Virus record (IMG/VR): IMGVR_UViG_2799112954_000004
Span: 1-64,000 of that record
Source of the DNA: a virus
Taxonomy: Duplodnaviria; Caudoviricetes
Reading direction: 5' to 3' (one strand)
DNA length: 64,000 nt
The position numbers and the translations under genes are program-made. The notes beneath the pieces are model-generated. The model was not told where the DNA came from, searched no databases, and was given only the letters and a program-made list of their open reading frames with translations. This document shows, one piece after another, positions 1 to 8,500 of this stretch (position 1 is its first letter; the number at the start of each line of letters is the position of its first letter).

Positions 1-221
1 TCTCTCCTTCCTATGTGCCAGCATCCGCAGAAGCCGCAGACGTATGGCACATATCCGTTTCTCATGAAGTAATCGTGCATGGCAATATAGTTGGCCGCAC
101 TCGCCTCATTCTCGAACGGATGCTTGGGTTTCCACGATCCTCTCTTTTTCGTGAAGTGTTCTCTTGGTATGGAGCCGCGCTGCCGTGGCTCCTTGTCTAC
201 GTACAATCTCTTTCTGCCCAT
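1..221 (-). CDS. Small putative Zn-binding protein, partial (runs off left edge)
   Basis: Not in ORF track; ATG at 221 reads MGRKRLYVDKEPRQRG...YVPYVCGFCGCWHIGRR with no stop before base 1; YxCxxCxxWHIG motif; starts 2 nt after stop of upstream gene. Confidence 0.7.
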   Translation of the reverse strand, partial: MGRKRLYVDKEPRQRGSIPREHFTKKRGSWKPKHPFENEASAANYIAMHDYFMRNGYVPYVCGFCGCWHIGRR

Positions 222-223
222 AT

Positions 224-760
224 CTATTTGAGTAGGTTAAACGTTACACCAATGCCGACATACGGCTGAAAGCCTTTCGGGGTCATTCCATATCCTGCAC
301 TCACTCCCACGTTCCATCGGCGCGCCTTCTGCTTGATGGTGATGGTTGTCACCTTGTGCCTCACAGATATGGAGTCGAGCGAGGAATGATAGCCGGACAC
401 ATAGGCAGTGTAATCGGAGTCCTTATACACCTTCTGAGTGATGGGGATCACAACAGGCTGCGGAATATTTTCCGCGCTTTTCAGCGTGTCTTCCCAAATC
501 TTTTCGGCCTTCTGTGGAATATTTTCCGCACTTTTGTTGCCGGATTTTGGAATATTTTTCACCTCTTTGTTGTCTGGCCAAATGGTGTCATAGCGGACAA
601 CGTTGCTGTCGGATGGCACCGGAGCATGATGAGACTCCGAGACATACTCGACGCTGGTATGAACATCGCCCACATCGCATTTGTGGACTTTGCTCTCTAC
701 CAACATTCCAAGTACGAAGCTCACGATGACGGCCAGCAGGATGAGTACAGCCTTCTTCAT
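224..760 (-). CDS. Lysis-cassette accessory/spanin-like membrane protein (DUF6808-like)
   Basis: N-terminal hydrophobic anchor, C-terminal WNVGVSAGYG...YVGIGVTFNLL beta-hairpin typical of Bacteroidetes phage lysis-region proteins. Confidence 0.55.
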   Translation of the reverse strand: MKKAVLILLAVIVSFVLGMLVESKVHKCDVGDVHTSVEYVSESHHAPVPSDSNVVRYDTIWPDNKEVKNIPKSGNKSAENIPQKAEKIWEDTLKSAENIPQPVVIPITQKVYKDSDYTAYVSGYHSSLDSISVRHKVTTITIKQKARRWNVGVSAGYGMTPKGFQPYVGIGVTFNLLK

Positions 761-1206
761 TTGTACGTGATGTTTACGCTCTCCCCGCGTTTCAACGCTT
801 TGTCGATTGCGGCATAGAGCAGGTTGAACCAGTACTTAGAGTTATTTACTCTCCCTTTTGCAGTATTCTCGCCTACCAAGATGCACCCATCTGTGTCCGC
901 AGCCGTGTTACCCGGATGTATTCGCACACCCGAATAGCCGGGGACGTTGTTTAATAGCGGCAGCGTGCGATTGAAATGCGGGGAGTATGTTGCAGTTATC
1001 TGGTATCTACCCGTAGGGATAGCCGTAATGTGCGGCTTCTTCATAAATAATATTTTATTCATCGGCATCTTGCTGTCAAGCCCTCTGTCCGTGTCCTCTA
1101 ACGTGCAACAGTAATGCTTCCCATCGCCAAACCGTTTACCGTTAATGCTCAGCGTACCGATGGTATATCCATCCCGTTTCCACTTTCTTTCAACTGTTAT
1201 TTCCAT
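757..1206 (-). CDS. DUF5675-family putative endolysin/peptidase
   Basis: CCTLED...TAIPTGRY...LPLLNNVPGYSGVRIHPGNT..DTDGCILVG motifs; likely start MEITVERK at 1206 rather than 1236. Confidence 0.75.
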   Translation of the reverse strand: MEITVERKWKRDGYTIGTLSINGKRFGDGKHYCCTLEDTDRGLDSKMPMNKILFMKKPHITAIPTGRYQITATYSPHFNRTLPLLNNVPGYSGVRIHPGNTAADTDGCILVGENTAKGRVNNSKYWFNLLYAAIDKALKRGESVNITYK

Positions 1207-1211
1207 ATCAT

Positions 1212-1616
1212 TTACTCCTTCTCCATTAAATCCCAACCTTGTGCCACGGCCTTTGCGTCCGCAACCTCTCCATTCTCCACGTAGCTCATAGCTGCCACTA
1301 TTGCAGTCATCTCGCCCATACTGAATGACAGCTTGCGCCCCGAAGGTATCTTGCTCCTTCGACTAACCGTAGCGATATAGTTAGTTGTATTGTTTTCCGT
1401 CGGTGGTGCCCAACGCTTGATAATCTTCCCTACCGTGTTGCAGCCGTACTTCTTGAAATATGTCCGCAAGATGACAAATGCCGCCCGGTAGCCATACGCC
1501 ATCGTCTTGAATGTCTTAAATGAAACGTCGTTCCCGTTCGTCTCACCGACAAATTTCGTCGATGACTTCCGAATGTTCAGCGGATTGTTATTCCTCAGTC
1601 CTCTTGATATTGCCAT
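1212..1616 (-). CDS. Lysozyme-like virion/cell-wall hydrolase (RNNNPLNIR family)
   Basis: SRGLRNNNPLNIR...IIKRWAPPTENNTTNY...MSYVENG motifs. Confidence 0.7.
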   Translation of the reverse strand: MAISRGLRNNNPLNIRKSSTKFVGETNGNDVSFKTFKTMAYGYRAAFVILRTYFKKYGCNTVGKIIKRWAPPTENNTTNYIATVSRRSKIPSGRKLSFSMGEMTAIVAAMSYVENGEVADAKAVAQGWDLMEKE

Positions 1617-1630
1617 GATTACCTCCTATG

Positions 1631-2218
1631 TTATTTTTCTGATTTCTTGTTTTCTGCTTCATTAAACGCCTCCTCGACAGCCTCGCCTACTTGCTCGCCA
1701 GCCTTCTGCCGGGCAAAAGCCACGGCCAAGGCCTTGACAAAAGCAAGCGCATAGCCCTTGACGTTCTTCTTCTCCACCTGCACACCATGAATGTAGAGGA
1801 AATGCCCACACGCGCTGCTTATTTCACAGCCGCAGGCAATCAGACCGCCAGCCCAAGCTCCGTAGATATACGGCACACCAATATAAGGTAGAAATGCCGC
1901 ACCGAAGGCCTCGGACACCATCATCAGCAGTACATAGTCCACAAATTTGTTTGCTGATCGCCTTATCGCCCGTGAGCGATGAAAGCGGTAGAGGTCGCTC
2001 AGCATCGTGTTTCCCTCCTTGTCAGCCGCCTCTTTACGCTTGGAACTCTCCTTGCACCCAAGGCGAAAATCAAAAATACAGAAAAGCACGACGGCCACCA
2101 ATATCCATCTGCTGTCGATAATCATCTGCGTGATTTCCGAGTAGAATATCGTTACCCCCGCCGCGCGTGCGCCCGTAGATATACCGTTACTTGATAAGTT
2201 AAGTATATTGCTTCCCAT
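1631..2218 (-). CDS. Putative holin
   Basis: Several hydrophobic segments, DFRLG..ES and SRAIRRS.NKFVDY motifs, adjacent to endolysins. Confidence 0.65.
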   Translation of the reverse strand: MGSNILNLSSNGISTGARAAGVTIFYSEITQMIIDSRWILVAVVLFCIFDFRLGCKESSKRKEAADKEGNTMLSDLYRFHRSRAIRRSANKFVDYVLLMMVSEAFGAAFLPYIGVPYIYGAWAGGLIACGCEISSACGHFLYIHGVQVEKKNVKGYALAFVKALAVAFARQKAGEQVGEAVEEAFNEAENKKSEK

Positions 2219-2268
2219 CTGTCAATCTTTTAGGCCGTCTGCAACACTCAGTCGCAGACGGCAAGTTA

Positions 2269-2568
2269 TTAAATCAAAAACATCAATGCTCCAATCACTC
2301 CACCAATGACGGTGAACAGCCAGTCCTTTGCGTCGAAAGGCTTGTCACGGAAGAAGTCAACGACCTCCTTAATGAAGCCGACGAACACCGACGCAATTAC
2401 ACCGCATACAGCGCACACGGGCTTGGTCGCTCCCATGGTGGTGAGCATAAATGCCCATGACACCGCGAAGCTGATCACCAAGCCAAAAAGCAAATGCACA
2501 TACTTGTCGCTGTCGAAGCTGCAAAGCCACTCAGCAACACGGTCATAAACACTAAAAACTTTCTTCAT
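2269..2568 (-). CDS. Small three-TM membrane protein (DKxxH...KE..D...D motif, VanZ/YfiM-like)
   Basis: DKYVHLLFG...GFIKEVVD...FDAKDWLFTVIGG; three hydrophobic helices. Confidence 0.55.
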   Translation of the reverse strand: MKKVFSVYDRVAEWLCSFDSDKYVHLLFGLVISFAVSWAFMLTTMGATKPVCAVCGVIASVFVGFIKEVVDFFRDKPFDAKDWLFTVIGGVIGALMFLI

Positions 2569-2655
2569 AATCTAAACATTTTAAGTGAAACTTATTTTTA
2601 ACGACGAGTTATAGCTCGCCGAACAGAACTATCAAGAATTGCTTATCATCAAAGC

Positions 2656-2946
2656 CTATCTGTCGTATCTGTAGAACGCCCATCCGAACATGCGAACAAG
2701 CAGGAAATACAGGTAAGCAAAAAAACGCTGTATAGAAGTCTTGGCCACCCTCAGACACTCATAGAGGAACAGCAGATCATCGAGTTTTCTCGCCCATCCG
2801 TCGCCTTTCGCGTCGTACCAGTAGTCATGCGTCCTTGCCGCCGCGTCAAACGTCTTGCGGTAAGGCAGCAGCAGACGCAGCCACATAGGACCCACGCCGA
2901 GACCATTACTACCCTTGTGCCATAAACAACCTCTTATACGCATCAT
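2656..2946 (-). CDS. DUF1353/phospholipase A2-like HD-motif protein
   Basis: SNGLG...AAARTHDYWY...RKLDDLLF...YLYFLLVRMFG pattern. Confidence 0.5.
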   Translation of the reverse strand: MMRIRGCLWHKGSNGLGVGPMWLRLLLPYRKTFDAAARTHDYWYDAKGDGWARKLDDLLFLYECLRVAKTSIQRFFAYLYFLLVRMFGWAFYRYDR

Positions 2947-3638
2947 TCCTCCGTTGTCGTAAATGAAAGTTTGTCAGGATAGCCGACTCTAAAGTCATAG
3001 CTTAGTATGTCCTCAATATCTGTCATTGAATGCACATTAGCCTTATGCGCAGCGGTGATGTCATAGCATTTGCAAGCGTATATCTCAATGGAATTAAGCA
3101 TGGGAAGAGCATCAGAAACTGAGAGGTTGAACTGTTCAGCACCATACCACAACGATGTATTCTTAATGCCGCTTGCCTGCTCAGCAATAAAGCGTTGACG
3201 AAGCGCAAGACGAGTGTCTTTGCTCAGCCAGATATTTTTGCCGTCGATGGTGAAACTGTTGACAGCATCAGAGGCATCATATACACTTATCTCTGCCAAC
3301 TTCTGCGCCTTGACATCAGACAATGATGGTTCCATGCCGAGAATCTTCTTGGCATAGATGGTACAGTTAGCAGTGAACAACGCAAGCGTTATCTTCTTGT
3401 CATCGTCAGATGCCATCTGAATCTGCGTGGCTTTGTCGTACTTATCGGCTTTGAGGGTAGCAGTCAGCTCATCCACGCTCATATTGACACTTGGCAGTTC
3501 AAGCATACGGTAGACATAGACGGTGCTCTTCGTCCCGTTCATATCCTCACGCTGCTCTTCCTGCACATCATAGTTAATTCTCACAAGACCGGGGTATCTC
3601 TCGACCAACTGCGGCTTAACATTACTTTCTGCTTTCAT
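2943..3638 (-). CDS. DUF4376-domain protein (tail-fibre assembly-like)
   Basis: C-terminal YDASDAVNSF...WLSKDTRLAL...IEIYACKCYDITAAHKANV...SYDFRVGYPDKL; typical position downstream of DGR RT. Confidence 0.6.
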   Translation of the reverse strand: MKAESNVKPQLVERYPGLVRINYDVQEEQREDMNGTKSTVYVYRMLELPSVNMSVDELTATLKADKYDKATQIQMASDDDKKITLALFTANCTIYAKKILGMEPSLSDVKAQKLAEISVYDASDAVNSFTIDGKNIWLSKDTRLALRQRFIAEQASGIKNTSLWYGAEQFNLSVSDALPMLNSIEIYACKCYDITAAHKANVHSMTDIEDILSYDFRVGYPDKLSFTTTEE

Positions 3639-3647
3639 ATCCTTATC

Positions 3648-5015
3648 TCATTCAAAATAATAATCAACCTTATTTCCATTCAGAGCCCGTCTCTTAAACG
3701 TAGCTTCAAAAGGAAAGGCATTCTGCTCACGACACTGGTTGAGCACATCCTTCATGCGAGGATTGTTCGTGAGGAACTTACACTCACTGCCGCCTTCCTC
3801 AATGAGCACGACATAGCGACCATCGCCATTGCGCGTCTTGACATTCGTTTGAAAATCCTTCACAATAATCTTACGGCCTACGAGGAAACCACAACTGACG
3901 ATAGGAACCTCATAATAAATCTCTCCATTCTTGCCTTTTGCCTGACTGGAGATGTTCAAATCTGAAAATTTATTCATGCCTGTTATCTTTCGGAATAAAG
4001 TTATACCATTACTGTGCATGAGCCAACCTTTATAGCTGCAAAGCGTCATGCGTCGCTTTGCAGTCATATCCTTACCTTCACTCTCTTTCTTGTCGAAGTT
4101 GCGCAACTTACGTTTCATGCGCAACTTCATCTTCTTGCGGATGAGCGTGTAATCCTTAAAGAACTGATAACCGACAAAATCAAGCGGAACATCGTTTGTC
4201 AGATGCTCCACATTGACATTTGTATGCAGTGGCTGTCGAAGGATGTCTTTCGCATAATACCTAATCATGCTTACCGCGTCCCATATCGTTTTCGTGTCAA
4301 ATCCTAACAGCACGATGTCGTCGCAGTATCTGACGAGGAACACCGCCTTACCAAACCTCAGACCTATCATCCTGTCAAGACGGTTTAGGTAGAAGTTGGC
4401 GATAGGCTGTATCGGGTACAGTCCAATACCCAATCCCTCACTAATAGCCGTCACGACTTCTTTCAGCAACCAACGGATGCCATCATCATGGTACATCTCG
4501 CAGAGTGCGGCATAAATCTTCTCCTGCTTGATGTTCTGATAGAACTTCGTGAAGTCGAGTTTGGCAAACACGATGTCAGCATTTCTATGCCGGTCAATCC
4601 AGTGTCGCACCCTCCGCCTTGCCATCTCGGTGCCACGTCCTTTGATGCTCGCATAGCTGTTGGCATAATAGCTTGCGTTCATCGTGGGACCTATGACCTG
4701 CATCAAAGCGTGATGGATGATATGGTCGGGATCGTAAGGCAATTTAGTGAGTTTGCGCACCTTTCCGCAAGGGCAATAACGCATCTCTATCTTTGGCGTG
4801 GAAGTGTGGTAGGTACGCTCACGGAGCATCGTCTGTATCTTCAGCAGATTACCCGTGCGGTCCTTGTCGAACTTCCTCACGCCATACTTATTGCCTTTGC
4901 CACGACGCGCCTCCTTGTCGGCACGGATAAGATTATCCATGGCGTACACCTGTGAGAGCTTCACGTCTCGGTGCTTCCCTCGTATTGCCTTTATGTCAAC
5001 ATCTAACTCTGCCAC
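3648..5015 (-). CDS. DGR reverse transcriptase with ~110-aa C-terminal extension
   Basis: RT motifs GKVR, PDHIIHHA, KLDFTKFYQNI, GLGIGLYPIQPIANFYL, RYCDD, LDFVGY; GTG start; adjacent TR/VR pair. Confidence 0.95.
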   Translation of the reverse strand: MAELDVDIKAIRGKHRDVKLSQVYAMDNLIRADKEARRGKGNKYGVRKFDKDRTGNLLKIQTMLRERTYHTSTPKIEMRYCPCGKVRKLTKLPYDPDHIIHHALMQVIGPTMNASYYANSYASIKGRGTEMARRRVRHWIDRHRNADIVFAKLDFTKFYQNIKQEKIYAALCEMYHDDGIRWLLKEVVTAISEGLGIGLYPIQPIANFYLNRLDRMIGLRFGKAVFLVRYCDDIVLLGFDTKTIWDAVSMIRYYAKDILRQPLHTNVNVEHLTNDVPLDFVGYQFFKDYTLIRKKMKLRMKRKLRNFDKKESEGKDMTAKRRMTLCSYKGWLMHSNGITLFRKITGMNKFSDLNISSQAKGKNGEIYYEVPIVSCGFLVGRKIIVKDFQTNVKTRNGDGRYVVLIEEGGSECKFLTNNPRMKDVLNQCREQNAFPFEATFKRRALNGNKVDYYFE

Positions 5016-5018
5016 TAC

Positions 5019-5098
5019 TTATCAGTTCAAAAACTTAAAAATTTATCAATTCAAAAACTTGTTTTAACTACTAACTCCTAACTCCTAACTTCTAACTT
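5019..5098. repeat. Two 18-bp direct repeats plus a 5x heptamer tandem array
   Basis: ttatcagttcaaaaactt (5019-5036) and ttatcaattcaaaaactt (5043-5060); ttaacta-ctaactc-ctaactc-ctaactt-ctaactt (5064-5098). Confidence 0.9.
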
Positions 5099-5283
5099 AG
5101 GAAAGGCTTTCTCTCTACGCTACTTACTTTCAGTGTTACCCTACTTGTATGCCCCATACTACGGTGGGTTGCAGTTATGTTTCGCATGTTCAGCTCACGT
5201 CTGCCATTCAGACGATGCTTCCCAGTTGCGAGGTTTTCTTGGGCGGTTGTGTATTGCCTTATAATATTTAACGAGAAAAAGAT

Positions 5284-5393
5284 AGGCGAGCCCCGATGTT
5301 ACCGTTCGCGTTCCCGAAGCCGTTATTCGAATTCGAAGCCGAAAGACCGCAAATCGAGCCGTTGTTCGCATTGCTGCCAACGTACAGCAACCT
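5284..5393 (-). ncRNA. DGR template repeat (TR)
   Basis: 110-bp copy of VR, offset exactly 300 bp; 23 coding-strand adenines, AAC/AAT-rich; lies between target gene and RT. Confidence 0.95.
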
Positions 5394-5464
5394 CGTCCAA
5401 TCAACCTTGTGCACCTCACGGCGGTGCCTTGTTATGTTGTTTCTTCATTTTGTCTTGTTTTTTT

Positions 5465-5514
5465 TGCTGCCATAAATGGCAGCACATGGTACGGGTGCGC
5501 CGCCTGCGGCGGCG
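5465..5514. promoter_or_regulatory. Two hairpins downstream of DGR target (candidate retrohoming cruciform)
   Basis: cgccgcc-tgc-ggcggcg (5498-5514; GCA triloop on coding strand) and tgctgccat-aa-atggcagca (5465-5484). Confidence 0.75.
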
Positions 5515-5531
5515 TCGAACTCGTGCGTCCG

Positions 5532-8500
5532 TTATTCGAGTAATTTCGAGCCTTCGATCTCGACAGGCCGACCTGAGAAAGCCAGGCGAGCCCCGATGTT
5601 ACCGTCCGCGTACCCGAAGCCGTAATGCGAAGCCGAAGCCGAAAGACCGCAAAACGAGCCGTTGTTCGCAGCGCCGCCAACGGACAGCAACCTTCCATTC
5701 GTATTGGCCCAACAGCCATCGCAATAGCCAGTGACGGAAGAGCCGCCGACTAACCTCGGTATCATGTCGAAGTGCTCACCGGCAACCATCTGACGCACAT
5801 AGCTACTATTAGCATTGTTGACGGAATACGGAACGGTATAGTCGGCCTTATGCGACTCGCTCCATGTGTCGTCATCCCAAATATAGATGGTGCTTTCATC
5901 ATGTCGGTAGCCGATGACAAACTCCCAAATCAGTTCTCCGAGGCCTTCGATGTGGAAGAAGTTAAGGGCGTTAATCGCATTTCCTGCACTATCCACGCAC
6001 GGACGTGTGCCATAGAGCTCATCCGTGCCTATCATCGGAAGCGTGAAGCCTGTGACACTATTTCGAACGTTATTATAGTTGTTGATGCGTCCAGTGCCGA
6101 TATTCACCTCGTAGTTCGTGTTGCCGAACCACGACAGATGCAGTGCGTTCTCCTTGCACCAGTCTTTGTACGACCACTGAGTATAACCCGTTCCACCAGC
6201 ATTTGCAAGGGCTTGATAGGTGGCGATGGTACGATTACCGTCACAGATACGTCCAGGCTGCGACTTCAATACGTTGTTCTGCACATAGCCTTTGAACATA
6301 CCGATGAACTTCTCACGGAACGTAATACCTCCGTCAATGGGAATTTTCCCTCCTTGTTGGAGAATCTCACGACCAGCATCGTCCGTGAAGCTCTTGATGT
6401 GCATGGCAGGACGATAGACCATGAAGTTACAGCCTGCATCGTTTAGCGTTCTTATGTCTACCGTCGTGCCATCCTTGAACGTCACAGTGCCTTTTGTCAT
6501 CGTGTCATACGTTCCCTCGAAAGTGGCAGATTTTATCTCTGCCATCTTCGTACCTTTAGAGTTGAACACGTAGCACTTACAGTCGGCAACGTAATCGTTC
6601 AAGGCTGACTTCAAACTATCTACATTCTCTTGTTGAAGTACGCTAGCGTAAGTGGATGGATTGATAACAGTCTGGCCGATAGTCTTGACGTTCCAGTAGA
6701 ACGCATAGTCGGAAATCTTATATCCCGTTGTAGTGAATGTCGTGCAAGCCTGCGGAACGGCGACGATTGTCTGCTCATCCGTTCGATAGAGGATTGTGTT
6801 CTCCGCCTTGAGGATGGTCGTACCGTCATTGCGCACTGCATATTCTATAAGGCTTTGACAGTTCTTGAACGCCATGCCCCATGTGAGGAAACGTGAACTG
6901 CTGACCGTCACCTTTGTCAGTTTCTGACAGTTGTCGAAAGCGTCGAGGGAGATGTTCGCCATGTTAGGACCAAACGAGAGCTCGGTAATCTGAGCGTCGC
7001 TCAGTATCTCCGTACCGATTGTTGTCAGCGCATCACCAGTCTCAAAGGTCGAGATATTGCTGCAACCTTTGAACGCGCCATCGTCGATAGTAACGACATA
7101 AGGGATAACAAGCGATGTCAATGCCGCACAGCCGTTGAACGCATCCTTGCCTATCTCCGTAACAGTCTGTGGAAGTATAAAGTCAGCCAGTTGCGAACAA
7201 CCTTTGAAAGCTCCGTCCGCAATCTTCTTTAGACCTGTGAAGTATTGCAGTTCAAGGAAGTGTTGCAGAAGAAGATTACCTGCGAAAGCAGTACCCAAGT
7301 CTTCTACTGCCTCACACTCCGAACGCAACATGTAATTGGCGTTTGCCGCCCATCCTTGCTTGTAGCACACAGCCATGACAGCCGCATTGCTGGAGCTGGT
7401 AATGACCGGCTGCTCTTGCGAATAGAACACATCCTTCTGCTTCGTGAAGGAACTGCCGTTGCCACATGTTGCCGTGGCTCTCAGAACGAGTTTGTTGAAG
7501 TTGACAGGAACGGAACCAGTGACCTTCAACGTGCACTCATTGCCGTTGCTGACGAGCGTCATACCATCCGTCGTGCCACTCACGATGTCCCACACGACAT
7601 CAACCTTACCAGTATAGACCACAGGCATGAGCTGAGCTTTGTAGGTGTATTCTCCAGTCTTGGTGATAGCCTCTGCACCTTGGATGGAGCGTATCTCCTG
7701 CGGATAGGTTGTCTTGCCGATGTTCACATCCATATCGTTGTGTCCGTCCTTGGAGTAATAACCCTGCACCTTGACAGCCACATCGTTTATACTCTCGTCA
7801 GTCGTCAAGTGACCTGTGCGGCCGTTGATATGAGCGACACCCTTGTTGTAGATAGTATCTCCATCCGTTTTCGTTGTCGATTCATAATCCTGCAAGCTGT
7901 AGGTCGGTGTATAGTCGGAACGTGGAATAACAATCATCTGATAGTCAGCCGTACCACCCGATATGACGTTCTGCGGACCCGTGAGGAAGTTTCCGCCACT
8001 CGTCTTGACGTAGAACGGAGCATCATCGTAGAAGCACTCCACACCGAGGATGTCCGACACGTTCTGTACCGAGGCAGGGGTGAGCTGTGAGCTGACCGTC
8101 ACATGACCTGTACCCTTGAACGTCTTTTTAATCATCCACAAGAGAACCGACATCACGAAACTCACATCCCATTCTACGTTATCAAGCTCAATATCCATAT
8201 CCTGTGTGGCAGAGGAAGCGCAGAGTGTGACGAAGGGAACAATGGCATCGTCGGGCGTGTTCTTGCCAAACTCCAACGTCTTGATGTCGGCATATCCCTC
8301 AGCCGTGAGCGTCTGAAGATTACCTTGATTAGGAAGCGACACTCCCGTGATTGTATCAGAGAGTTTCACCGTCTCAAGCGACATCGTTTCGGGGAACTCA
8401 ACCGTTGACACTTTCGTCTGCTCCGTGTTAATATCCACAAGTCGTGTACAGTCTTTCAGGTTGATGTCACCCTTGAGCGTCGTCAGTCCGTGGAGATCGA

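Noticed and set aside
3648-5015. RT as group II intron, retron or Abi RT
   Set aside because: No maturase/endonuclease domain or intron ends; the adjacent A-specific TR/VR pair identifies it as a DGR RT
5195-5719. Small ORFs overlapping TR and VR (74 aa, 95 aa, 185 aa) as avd
   Set aside because: They are alternative frames of TR/VR without four-helix-bundle character
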